Source: Candidatus Latescibacterota bacterium
GTDB lineage: Bacteria > Latescibacterota > UBA2968 > UBA8231
NCBI GenBank assembly: GCA_965223905.1
Contig: CBDCXV010000002.1
Location: 512,001 to 576,000, forward strand
Direction: 5' to 3'
DNA length: 64,000 nt
The notes below the pieces were generated by a model that was not told where the DNA came from, made no database searches, and was given only the letters and a program-made list of their open reading frames with translations. Positions 12,984 through 21,675 of the stretch are shown piece by piece. The stretch's first letter is position 1; each line of letters begins with the position of its first letter. Position numbers and translations under genes: made by a program.

Positions 12984-13804
12984 CCATCGGTCATTTCATC
13001 CAGTCTCAACAAAGCCATGCGAAGAAAACCATCGGGCAGTTGGCCCGACTCCTCCGGCGTATAGGATCTGCTACGTTCGGGAATCCCTGGGACATCAACA
13101 AGGCAAAGTGCCCCTCCGTTTGACCTGCATAACAGAATCACTGAACTGCCTCTTCTGTTCGGAAGGCTAATGGCAATCTCTCGATCATGAGTAGTGTATA
13201 TGTCATATTGCCTGGGGAGGATGTCGAACATCTCTCTGAGCAGGCGATCGGCGTTTGTCTTTGCCAAGTCCGAAGGAAGCTCGAAACCTTCTTCTAATGC
13301 GTCCTTGTCGACTTCGTTCAATTCATCCAAGAGTTCCTGGAATCGGCTATCTGTCTCGGAGGGCCTGGAAGACTCCACAAAAGCCCAAATAGGGACAAGC
13401 GGCTTGTTCAAATCGCCATAGACTGTATGTCTGCCTCTACGAGAATTGCAACCTGCGAATGTGCTGTAAGCAGCGCGCCCTACTTCGGGCGTAGAGGAAA
13501 CGTCAAGATAGCCAGAGGAATCTTTCCAAAAAGCAAGCGAGAACTGCTCTCTGCCCTGATCCCAGGCGCTGGTGTGGGGATTATTTCTGAAAAACTGCTC
13601 TTGCCCCTGTCTCCATTTCTCCAATATGGAAAGGTTCTCCAGGAGGACAGCATCGGTCGTTCCAGTTTCCTGATTCTCGTCCCCCTGTTCCCAAGTCGTC
13701 CAGCCAGCAGTGTCAGGATCAGCCATAGGGTTCCGTGGTGCACGGAACAATGCTCGATCCCGTGTTGGTGTCCGGGGCTTAGAAGCGGCTTGAGTCATTT
13801 CCAT
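12971..13804 (-). CDS. Hypothetical protein, middle gene of the cassette
   Basis: 277 aa lower-GC ORF overlapping both neighbours. Confidence 0.7.
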   Translation of the reverse strand: MEMTQAASKPRTPTRDRALFRAPRNPMADPDTAGWTTWEQGDENQETGTTDAVLLENLSILEKWRQGQEQFFRNNPHTSAWDQGREQFSLAFWKDSSGYLDVSSTPEVGRAAYSTFAGCNSRRGRHTVYGDLNKPLVPIWAFVESSRPSETDSRFQELLDELNEVDKDALEEGFELPSDLAKTNADRLLREMFDILPRQYDIYTTHDREIAISLPNRRGSSVILLCRSNGGALCLVDVPGIPERSRSYTPEESGQLPDGFLRMALLRLDEMTDGWTW

Positions 13805-14451
13805 TGGTCAAAACAATCGATGAAGTCAAAAGTATTCTTCCACACTTCAGCAAATCGACTATTCAAATCCAAGTGGTCGCGGATCTCTTCTGTGTCGAGA
13901 TGGACATTCGTGCTAATGAAGATTTTTGGAGTTTCAAGGTCTTGGAGGCGAGGCTCGATGGTAACGATGAACTTTCTATTTCTATCGTCCCCTGTATAGT
14001 ACATCTTGCATCCACCACCAGAAAGCTCCCAGTCCTTGAAAGACTCTCTCTTAGGAAAGATCCGCGAGGCGATATAGAGGCCGGCCGGCGAGCGTACCTC
14101 ATTAACTTGGGCAGGGGTATACACAACCTCCATGTTGAATCCAATCGCCGTAAGTGGCTGACTTTCGAGGTCGTCGGTATAGGACATTGCCTTTGTGGCG
14201 ACATCTACTAATTGGGCAAGGTCTTCGTCCGAAGATAGATAGTCTCTTTGAACAATCGACCGCTCGCTGGATAAATCCAGCGAGATCCTATGCTTGTTGA
14301 TGATATGATTTCTTGAGCCGCCGGTCACAATGGTGGTCAATTCATCATCAATGGAAAACTGAAACTGCCTTTGTTGCTCCGGTGTATTGAGTAGGTCTAT
14401 CCCCAAAAGCACCATGTTTACCCTTATCACTTCAAATGGAGAACTGTCCAT
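13795..14451 (-). CDS. Hypothetical protein, TIGR04255-like
   Basis: RBS GAAGGA before ATG 14451. VNMVLLG and LTAIGFNME strand pattern is reminiscent of TIGR04255-like proteins. Confidence 0.6.
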   Translation of the reverse strand: MDSSPFEVIRVNMVLLGIDLLNTPEQQRQFQFSIDDELTTIVTGGSRNHIINKHRISLDLSSERSIVQRDYLSSDEDLAQLVDVATKAMSYTDDLESQPLTAIGFNMEVVYTPAQVNEVRSPAGLYIASRIFPKRESFKDWELSGGGCKMYYTGDDRNRKFIVTIEPRLQDLETPKIFISTNVHLDTEEIRDHLDLNSRFAEVWKNTFDFIDCFDQWK

Positions 14452-14857
14452 GATTCCTTCTCCCCTCAATGCTCTGCGTGCGTGGTGGGCCCCTGGCTTG
14501 GGCTCCTCATGGCAGAATCCGGCGCCGGCCCCACTTGCACCAGTGTTCATCCGTAGCCCTGCTATGCCCGCGTGGAACCTATGAGTGCCGATGACGGCCT
14601 GTCAACTCTCAGCCTTGCTCGTTTCGTGCAAGGCTAGTCCTCTCGGGCTCCGTCCTCCCCTCGCCAGGGCCCGCGCTGCGGCCATGCCACAAAGACTTCC
14701 AGAGGTATTTGCCTAAGCAACTCTGATACACATGGGACCACCATGCAAGACTTGGGACATGCCCTTCGCCCAACGAATCCTGGTCCCGCACTCCCCGAAC
14801 CGTCACCGCTGATGAGCTGTACCCCTTCCTCGCCAGTCCTTTGCGTCCCTCTCACCC

Positions 14858-15150
14858 TCACCCGAAAACCACCACCACCACCAGCTCCCGGATATATCCG
14901 ATCGCAAAAGCCTTCCAGGCAGGGGGTCGAACCCCGCCCAAAGGAAGGTGTTTGGTCCATTATGTACGGCCCGTTGAACCCGTTGGCCCGGAGACCTCAA
15001 TCGCCCACTGCATGTCCACCTCGCCCTCGTCGAAGAAGATTTGGGGGAACTGCTCCAGGGTGGAGCAGATCTGGGCAACTCCGGCCAGGGGCTCGGGGAA
15101 TCGGCGTGTCGTCGGGGTGCAGAGCTATCCGCACTCCCGCTTTCTGGCCG
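14858..15150 (-). pseudogene. uxuA: Mannonate dehydratase remnant, copy 2
   Basis: QKAGVRIALHPDDTP, FDEGEVDM, NGFNGPYIMD, KAFAIGYIRELV; homologous to 6722-7330 with an internal deletion. Confidence 0.78.
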
Positions 15151-15196
15151 CGACGGGTGGTGATGAGGTCCGACGACGGTCTATGGTAGAACAATC

Positions 15197-15391
15197 TCAA
15201 ATGGCATCTGCCGGCACACCGCGCAACCCGTCCTCCCGGCGGTCCTCAAGGATGAGCGCTACGGCCTCAGCCAGATTCTCGCGTGCTTCCTCCTTGGTTT
15301 TGCCCTGACCGTTTGCCCCGGGGATCTCGGGGCAGTAGGCGATATGCCATTCCCCGTCCTGCTCGATAATCGCCGTAAACTCGTTTTTCAT
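15197..15391 (-). CDS. hicB: HicB-family antitoxin, copy 2, 3'-clipped with no hicA
   Basis: Near-identical to 10222..10437 including ~45 bp of upstream DNA; stops 7 codons early. Confidence 0.8.
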   Translation of the reverse strand: MKNEFTAIIEQDGEWHIAYCPEIPGANGQGKTKEEARENLAEAVALILEDRREDGLRGVPADAI

Positions 15392-15409
15392 TGTGTGTTT
15401 CCACCCTCT

Positions 15410-15943
15410 TTAGTTTTGCCTATTGCCCTCGGACGGGGTAGGGGTTGGGCTGTTCTGGCGCAATGCGACTTTCACAGCCCCCCAACTGCGTGCCTGCACT
15501 CCCGTCGATATCCCTTCCACCTGTACATGGAAGTACGCCGGCTCGGATTCCACCGGCCCGTCATCGGTATTCTGCACCGTCGTGACCGCCCACAGAGTGT
15601 GCGTGTCGCTGTCCAGGGTAGCGACCACGACCCTGACGACAGGCTCCATAGGGCCGATGATGCCCCACGACACGAGGGCAGTCTTGGGAGAATCCAGCTC
15701 TACCAGGTTGCCCTGTTCATCGAGGCCCACAGTGACCGCTATCTCCCGGTAAATCCGGTATCCGTCCGCTCCCTCCACCGCATTCCAGGTCACGAGGATG
15801 AAGCCGCCCTGGTCGCCCTGGTTCTCCGGCGGGTTGTATGGCACTGCCACCACCGAGTCGGGCGGCGCAGGCAGGGCCAGACCCGCGTTCACGGACAGCA
15901 GCAGGGCAAGTATCGCCAGCGTCACTTTCTTCGCATGTCTCAT
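15410..15943 (-). CDS. Secreted protein with an FN3-like region and C-terminal 'SWGAVK' motif
   Basis: Signal peptide MRHAKKVTLAILALLLSVNAGLA; TWNAVEGADGYRIYR; TGVQARSWGAVK. Confidence 0.75.
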   Translation of the reverse strand: MRHAKKVTLAILALLLSVNAGLALPAPPDSVVAVPYNPPENQGDQGGFILVTWNAVEGADGYRIYREIAVTVGLDEQGNLVELDSPKTALVSWGIIGPMEPVVRVVVATLDSDTHTLWAVTTVQNTDDGPVESEPAYFHVQVEGISTGVQARSWGAVKVALRQNSPTPTPSEGNRQN

Positions 15944-15982
15944 GGGTAGCCTCCTGACGTAAGGGATCTGTATTGAAGAAAC

Positions 15983-16018
15983 AGTTGACAATGGGCCTGT
16001 CAACTCTATTTTATAGAG
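15983..16018. promoter_or_regulatory. Divergent promoter region with two palindromes
   Basis: AGTTGACA-N7-TGTCAACT (15983-16005, TTGACA on both strands) and CTCTA-N5-TAGAG (16004-16018) overlapping a -10-like TATTTT. Confidence 0.55.
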
Positions 16019-16116
16019 AACTCTGCACGAGTTGGGAAAACTCGGCAGCCTTACCAAATGGAAAGGGCCGCCGCCCCCTCGGCTCCCGGGACGGCAGCCG
16101 CGAAAGGAGACTCCCA

Positions 16117-16704
16117 ATGGAACCCAACGTGACGCAGAAGCTCGAAGAGGACGTGTCCTTCGTCCGCCAGGCGGTGGAGCAGCGGGATGAGGGACAGTAC
16201 CGCTACCTGGGGATCACCGTCCTGTGGGCGGTGATCATCGCCGCCGGGTACGCTCTCAACGATTTCGCCATGGAGTACGCCCCCGTGTACTGGATGGTCG
16301 CCCCGGCCGCAGGCTTCCTGGTCAGCCTCGGCCTGGGCACCCGGCAGGAGAGGAAGCGGGGACTCCGCAGGCCCGGTCTGGGCGCCAGGAATGCCCTGCA
16401 CTGGGGCTGCATCTTTTTCGGCGGAGTGGCGGTGATGTCCATCGCTTTCTCCCACCGGTTCGACGGCTGGGTAATCGGTCAGCTCTTCGCCCTTCTCTCC
16501 GGCGCCGTGCTCTTCCTGGGCGGTCTGCACCTCGACCGGCGCACCCTCTGGCCGGGGGTCCTGCTCATCTGCGGATCGGCCGCGGTCGACCACATCCCGG
16601 CCTGGCCTTGGACTATCGTCGGACTGGCCACGGCGGCCGCCCTGGTGGCCAGCGCCCTGTGGATGAAACCGAGGGATGATGAAGAAGCCGTCGCAACCGG
16701 CTGA
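16117..16704 (+). CDS. Integral membrane protein (~6 TM)
   Basis: RBS AAGGAG; multiple hydrophobic helices; overlaps the wHTH gene. Confidence 0.85.
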   Translation: MEPNVTQKLEEDVSFVRQAVEQRDEGQYRYLGITVLWAVIIAAGYALNDFAMEYAPVYWMVAPAAGFLVSLGLGTRQERKRGLRRPGLGARNALHWGCIFFGGVAVMSIAFSHRFDGWVIGQLFALLSGAVLFLGGLHLDRRTLWPGVLLICGSAAVDHIPAWPWTIVGLATAAALVASALWMKPRDDEEAVATG

Positions 16705-17011
16705 GGTCACCTCCGGGGGCCTGGTTCGGCTGGACAAGCTGCTGGAACACCGCAGCCGCCTCGGCGCCTGCGTGCTGCTGGCCGACGTCGACGCCATGAC
16801 TTTCACCAGCCTGAAGCAGCTCCTCCAGGAGACAGACGGCAACCTGGGGGCGCACCTGCGCAAGCTGGAGGACGCCGGCTACCTCGGCGTGACCAAGCGC
16901 TTCGAGAACCGCAGGCCGGTGACCTGGTACCGCCTCACCAAAAAAGGCGCCAAGGCCCTGCAGACTCACCTCGAGGCCCTGCAGACGGTGATCGCCGGCG
17001 CCAGGCTCTGA
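16676..17011 (+). CDS. Winged-helix transcriptional regulator (HTH_34/MarR-like)
   Basis: FTSLKQLLQETDGNLGAHLRKLEDAGY...TWYRLT. Confidence 0.9.
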   Translation: MMKKPSQPAEVTSGGLVRLDKLLEHRSRLGACVLLADVDAMTFTSLKQLLQETDGNLGAHLRKLEDAGYLGVTKRFENRRPVTWYRLTKKGAKALQTHLEALQTVIAGARL

Positions 17012-17012
17012 G

Positions 17013-19229
17013 ATGCGCGCGCGAGTGCTGGCTCTCCTTTTCGGCGCCTGTTTCTCCTTGCCGGCCCTGGCGCAGAGCAGGGCTTTGGTCCAGGGACAGG
17101 TCGTCGACGAATCACAGCAGCCGATGGCCTTCGTCAACGTGCAGATCGTCGACACCACCGACGGCGCCATAACGGGCCGCGACGGCCGTTTCGCCTTTTC
17201 CACCCGGCACCTCGGACGGCGCGGCCTGGCCGCCACCTTCATCGGCTTCGAACCGGCCCGGCAGACCCTGCACCTGGCCGCGGGCGATACCGCGACGGTT
17301 CGCCTGGTGCTGCGGCAAGCCCTCATCGAGCTCGGCGAAACCGTCGTCACGGCCAGCACCTACACCACCGGGGAGGACGAGGCCGTCACCCTTTCCCCGC
17401 TCGATGTGGTCACGACGCCGGGGGCTTCCGCCGACATCTTCCGCGCCTTCAAGACCTTCCCCGGCGTGGCCACCGTGGATGACGGCGCCGGTCTTTTCGT
17501 CCGCGGCGGCGACGTGAGCGAGACCGTCGTTCTGCTCGACCAGGCCACGGTGGTCCATCCCTACCGGTACGAATCCCCTACCGGCGGGGTGTTCGGCACG
17601 ATCCCTCCGTTCATGGTCAAGGGCACGGCCTTTTCCACGGGTGGATTCTCCGCCCGCTACGGCAACGCGCTTTCCGCGGTGCTGGCGATGGAGAGCCTGG
17701 ACATGCCGGTGCAACGGAGCTATACGCTCGGTCTGGGCCTTGCCGCCGGCTCCGTGGGACTCGACCTGCCCCTTGTCGAGGACAAGCTCGGCCTGCGCTT
17801 CACGGGGAATCTCAGCCTTACCGATCTCATGTTCCGCGTCAACGGCCACCGCGACGGATTCGTCGTCACTCCGCGGGGGCGCGACGGCAACCTCAACCTG
17901 GTCTACCAGTACTCGCCGACCGGACGCCTCAAGCTCTTCAGCTTCAACGGGGGGGACGAGATCGGCGTGCGCGTGGCCGAGCCTTCGTTCGACGGCCATT
18001 ACCGGGGCCGCAGCGACAACTCACTGCACAATCTCCAGTGGACGGATGTATGGGCGGACTGGTCCATCCGCACCAGCGCCTCGCTCAACCGGCACTCCGC
18101 CCGGCGGCAACTGGGCAACCTCGACCTGACCCCCAGCGACCTGACCGGCAAGATTCGCACGGACTGGGAACGCTTCCTCGGTGCATTCGGCATCCTGCGC
18201 CTCGGGACCGAAGTGGAGCACGCCGGCAACCGCTTCGTGGGCAGCATCCCCCAGGGGGACATCCTCGACCCGGAGGCAGAGGTGTTCGAGCTCGACGCTT
18301 CCTACAGCGCGCGGCGTACCGGCGCTTGGTTCGAGGTCGATTTCAAACCAGGGCGCCGCATCGTCGCCAATGCCGGTATGCGCGCCGACCGCCACAGCCT
18401 GGGCCGCGGTCTGGTCGTGGACCCGCGCCTGTCGGCGCGATACCAGTTCTCGCAAGACACGAACGCCCGGCTCGCCTGGGGCATCTACCACCAGTTCCCC
18501 GCCCCGTTCGCATACAACCCCACCAGCGGCAACCCGAATCTGGGACCCCAGCGCGCCCAACACTGGATCGGCGGCCTGCACCACGAACGCGGGCGGTTCC
18601 TGGTGCGGCTGGAGGGGTACTACAAACCCTACCGCAATCTGGTGCTGGATGACCCCGTCCTGAACCTTGCAAATACAGGTAGCGGGAGGGCCTCCGGTGT
18701 CGACCTCTTCTGCAAGTACGGCGCCTTTCTCGACACGCGCTTCAGCGGCTGGATGGCCTACAGTCTGCTGCGCTCGCGCCGGATGCAGGTGCGCCACCTG
18801 GGGTTTGAGACGCTGCGCGAAGAAGCTCCTTCACCGTTCGATATCACCCACAATCTGACTTGGGTCGCGAAAATGCGGATCGTCCGCACCTTGAGCGGCG
18901 GCCTGACCCTGAGATACGCCAGCGGCCGTCCCATCACCCCGGTCGTCGATGCCGTCCCCGTGGCGGGCAGAGGCTACTACCTGCCGGTGGAAGGACCGGT
19001 CGGCTCGGAACGGCTGCCCTCCTTTCAACAGATGGATGGGCAGTTGAGCTATCTGCTGTTCTTCGGCTCCGGGCACCGGGCGGTCTTCTACTTCGCTGTC
19101 AACAACCTGCTCAACCGCGCCAACGTGCTCGACTACGATTACAGCATCGACTATACCCGGCGCCGGCCGCGCATCTCTCTCTTTCGCCGGTCCGTTTACT
19201 TCGGCACCACCGTCTCCCTGAACTACTGA
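17013..19229 (+). CDS. TonB-dependent receptor with an N-terminal carboxypeptidase-regulatory-like domain
   Basis: Signal peptide; plug motifs FVRGG and GGFSARYGNALS; barrel DPRLS and NNLLN; ends in an aromatic residue (Y). Confidence 0.92.
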   Translation: MRARVLALLFGACFSLPALAQSRALVQGQVVDESQQPMAFVNVQIVDTTDGAITGRDGRFAFSTRHLGRRGLAATFIGFEPARQTLHLAAGDTATVRLVLRQALIELGETVVTASTYTTGEDEAVTLSPLDVVTTPGASADIFRAFKTFPGVATVDDGAGLFVRGGDVSETVVLLDQATVVHPYRYESPTGGVFGTIPPFMVKGTAFSTGGFSARYGNALSAVLAMESLDMPVQRSYTLGLGLAAGSVGLDLPLVEDKLGLRFTGNLSLTDLMFRVNGHRDGFVVTPRGRDGNLNLVYQYSPTGRLKLFSFNGGDEIGVRVAEPSFDGHYRGRSDNSLHNLQWTDVWADWSIRTSASLNRHSARRQLGNLDLTPSDLTGKIRTDWERFLGAFGILRLGTEVEHAGNRFVGSIPQGDILDPEAEVFELDASYSARRTGAWFEVDFKPGRRIVANAGMRADRHSLGRGLVVDPRLSARYQFSQDTNARLAWGIYHQFPAPFAYNPTSGNPNLGPQRAQHWIGGLHHERGRFLVRLEGYYKPYRNLVLDDPVLNLANTGSGRASGVDLFCKYGAFLDTRFSGWMAYSLLRSRRMQVRHLGFETLREEAPSPFDITHNLTWVAKMRIVRTLSGGLTLRYASGRPITPVVDAVPVAGRGYYLPVEGPVGSERLPSFQQMDGQLSYLLFFGSGHRAVFYFAVNNLLNRANVLDYDYSIDYTRRRPRISLFRRSVYFGTTVSLNY

Positions 19230-19256
19230 TCTTCATCTTCACCAAAGAGGCCAACT

Positions 19257-20027
19257 ATGAAACGCTTTCCGCTCTCCCTCGCTTTCATGCTCTCGATCGC
19301 CTGTCCCGCCTTCACCCAATCGGCGGATTCTCTTCTCGTCAGTGGAAGACGGATGCTGCATGCCGGAGAAAACCAGGGGTCCCTCGATGCGATGTACGCG
19401 GCCCGGGCGACGTTCGAGCGCGCCCTGGCCGATACCAGCCTGGCCGCGTGGGCGCACTACTACATCGCCCTGGCCGATTTCCGCATCGTCAACCTTCTGT
19501 TGGGCGCCGGCGAGAAAAACAAGGACGCCGCATCCGAACATCTCGATAGCGCGGTGGGGCATCTGAAGGAAGCGACCCGGATCGATCCGGAGGCGGCGGA
19601 AGCCTATGCCCTGCTTTCAAGCGCGTACGGCCGCCAGATCGGCCTGAGTCCTGTCAAAGGCATGTTCATCGGACCCAAGGCCGGGAAGGCCATCAAGAAG
19701 GCCATGGAGCTCGCCCCCGACAATCCGCGCGTGGTGCTGAGCGCGGCCATCGGCGATTTCAACACTCCCAGGATGTTCGGAGGCAACAAGGAAAGTGCCA
19801 TGCAGGGATTTCAGCGGGCCGCGGAGCTCTTTGCCCTGGAAAAGCCTGCCGAACCCGTCGAGCCTGTATGGGGGCACAGCGAAGCCTACGCCTGGCTCGG
19901 CCTCGCCTATATGGACAGGGACGAAAGGGAGCCGGCGGGAATGGCCTTTGAGAAAGCGCTCGAGATCGATCCGGATTTCGGGTGGGTGAAGTACGTGCTG
20001 CTGCCGGAATTGGAAGAGGAGAATTAG
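19257..20027 (+). CDS. Secreted tetratricopeptide-repeat protein
   Basis: Signal peptide; TPR-like helices (AYAWLGLAY, FEKALEIDPDF). Confidence 0.85.
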   Translation: MKRFPLSLAFMLSIACPAFTQSADSLLVSGRRMLHAGENQGSLDAMYAARATFERALADTSLAAWAHYYIALADFRIVNLLLGAGEKNKDAASEHLDSAVGHLKEATRIDPEAAEAYALLSSAYGRQIGLSPVKGMFIGPKAGKAIKKAMELAPDNPRVVLSAAIGDFNTPRMFGGNKESAMQGFQRAAELFALEKPAEPVEPVWGHSEAYAWLGLAYMDRDEREPAGMAFEKALEIDPDFGWVKYVLLPELEEEN

Positions 20028-20239
20028 CGGCAGGTCTCGGTCCGGACTTCGGGACGGTCGTGGGCAAGCCAGGTTGGCCGGAAGGCCAGGGCGCGACCAG
20101 CCCCGTAGCGCGAACCGTGCTGTTACATGACGTGATTCATCATGTCAGTCTGGCGAGCAATCGTCGATTCCGCATTCCCTGAAGCCACCTGGCAAATATG
20201 CAGTCTTCCATGGTGCCTCCTGGTCAGTGGTGGTGGGGG

Positions 20240-20890
20240 TTACCGCTTGTAGTAGTGCCTGATCTTCGGGTCGCGGAACCGAACGACAGAGTCGTTACCC
20301 CAAACAGCCAGGCCAGCGGCACCGCGCGGCACCCCCGGCAGTGTCAACCGATTGATCAGAACACCGTCGACGTAGCTCGTCACCGAGTGATCCCGGACCT
20401 TGAGGACAAGGTCATATTCCCGACCAGGCTCCATAACGAAGTCGACGACATCGAGTTTGACGTCCTCACGAGTCTCCTCGTTCCGACGGACAATGACCAT
20501 GGTCTTCCAACCGGTCAGATAGGTCAGGAAGTGCGAGGAAATCCCGTCGTCCGAGATTCCGAACACGAGCTGCGGACCGGCCCATCCCTTCTCTATGGTG
20601 GCCTGTACCTTGAATTCATAGGCAGCCCACGTCTCATCTCCCTGGACGAGCCGCCCGCGGCTGGCCTGTCCTGTGTCGGCGATGATTGCGTCACCCTCGC
20701 GGCGCCATACGGAAGGGGTAAAAGGACCTTCACTGGCGTGCCATCCAAAGAGGCCCTGACCGTCTATCATGGACTCCCACGGCTTGCCGATATCGGCGCG
20801 GCCGTAGTCGTTCTCGAAAGAAGGAGACTCGCCAGTGGCACTCATGGCAGTAAGCAGGCCGACGGAAATTGCATGGTGAATGCGCTCCAT
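20240..20890 (-). CDS. DUF1080/3-keto-disaccharide hydrolase-like (concanavalin fold) protein
   Basis: DGQGLFGW, W...YEF, VTSYVDG and VRFRD patterns. Confidence 0.7.
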   Translation of the reverse strand: MERIHHAISVGLLTAMSATGESPSFENDYGRADIGKPWESMIDGQGLFGWHASEGPFTPSVWRREGDAIIADTGQASRGRLVQGDETWAAYEFKVQATIEKGWAGPQLVFGISDDGISSHFLTYLTGWKTMVIVRRNEETREDVKLDVVDFVMEPGREYDLVLKVRDHSVTSYVDGVLINRLTLPGVPRGAAGLAVWGNDSVVRFRDPKIRHYYKR

Positions 20891-20900
20891 TGGAATGGTC

Positions 20901-21545
20901 TCAGGAATCGGCGCCGAACCGGAACGGCGGGTACCTGTCGGTGGTGAGCAGGAAGGCGTAGGTCCCGACCCTCAGGCCCCAGCGCAGCGTCCCCTCCACG
21001 AACAGGAACAGCTCCCTCGGGTAGCGGCCGGCGATCAGGATCGCGAACCAGGCGATGACGGTCACGGCCACCGCCAGACTCCCTACGACCGCCAGGGCGA
21101 TGTAGTGCGGAATCGCCAGGATCCACTTGACCAGGGGCAGGAACCGGCTCAGCTCGCCTTCCACGTCGGGGTACGGGATGTCGAGGTGGACCCCCTGCGG
21201 TTCGTCGGTGGACGGGTAGTCGTCCCGGAGCAGCATCAGGTAGGCCGTTACCCTGGTCGCGAAGCGAGCCAGCTCCAGGTTCCAGTCGAACCACCAGCGC
21301 GGGTACTTCCGGCGGATCAGGACCATCAGCATCGGGGCAAGCCACAACACCCCACCCGTCAAGAGCGGAGCCGTCCACTCGTAGTCGGTCGCGTCGTCCG
21401 CGGGGACGGAGCCGCTCACCAGACCGAGAAGGATGAGGATCGGGATCGCCAGGACGATCCGGAAGAAGGCCGTGAGTCTGCGGCTGGACCCGGGGTAGTC
21501 GATCGAGAACTCAACGGGGTACGGGGCGGGTTGTTCCGGCGTCAT
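20901..21545 (-). CDS. DUF4389 membrane protein
   Basis: Duplicated RKYPRWWF / GRYPRELF and DDYPS / DRYPPF motifs. Confidence 0.85.
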   Translation of the reverse strand: MTPEQPAPYPVEFSIDYPGSSRRLTAFFRIVLAIPILILLGLVSGSVPADDATDYEWTAPLLTGGVLWLAPMLMVLIRRKYPRWWFDWNLELARFATRVTAYLMLLRDDYPSTDEPQGVHLDIPYPDVEGELSRFLPLVKWILAIPHYIALAVVGSLAVAVTVIAWFAILIAGRYPRELFLFVEGTLRWGLRVGTYAFLLTTDRYPPFRFGADS

Positions 21546-21675
21546 CGGTTTTCTCCGTGTCGGAAGAGGGATCTCACGGGTGTGCGGCGGCAGGCACCAG
21601 CGCAGAATTGCGGTGTCAGGCGTTGCGCCGTGCTGTTCGTGAATGGTAGGATATTGGCTGCACACAAAACAGCGC

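Noticed and set aside
3499-15400. Integron, prophage or IS-based island
   Set aside because: No integrase, transposase, attC-like repeats, terminal inverted repeats or phage structural genes were recognised.
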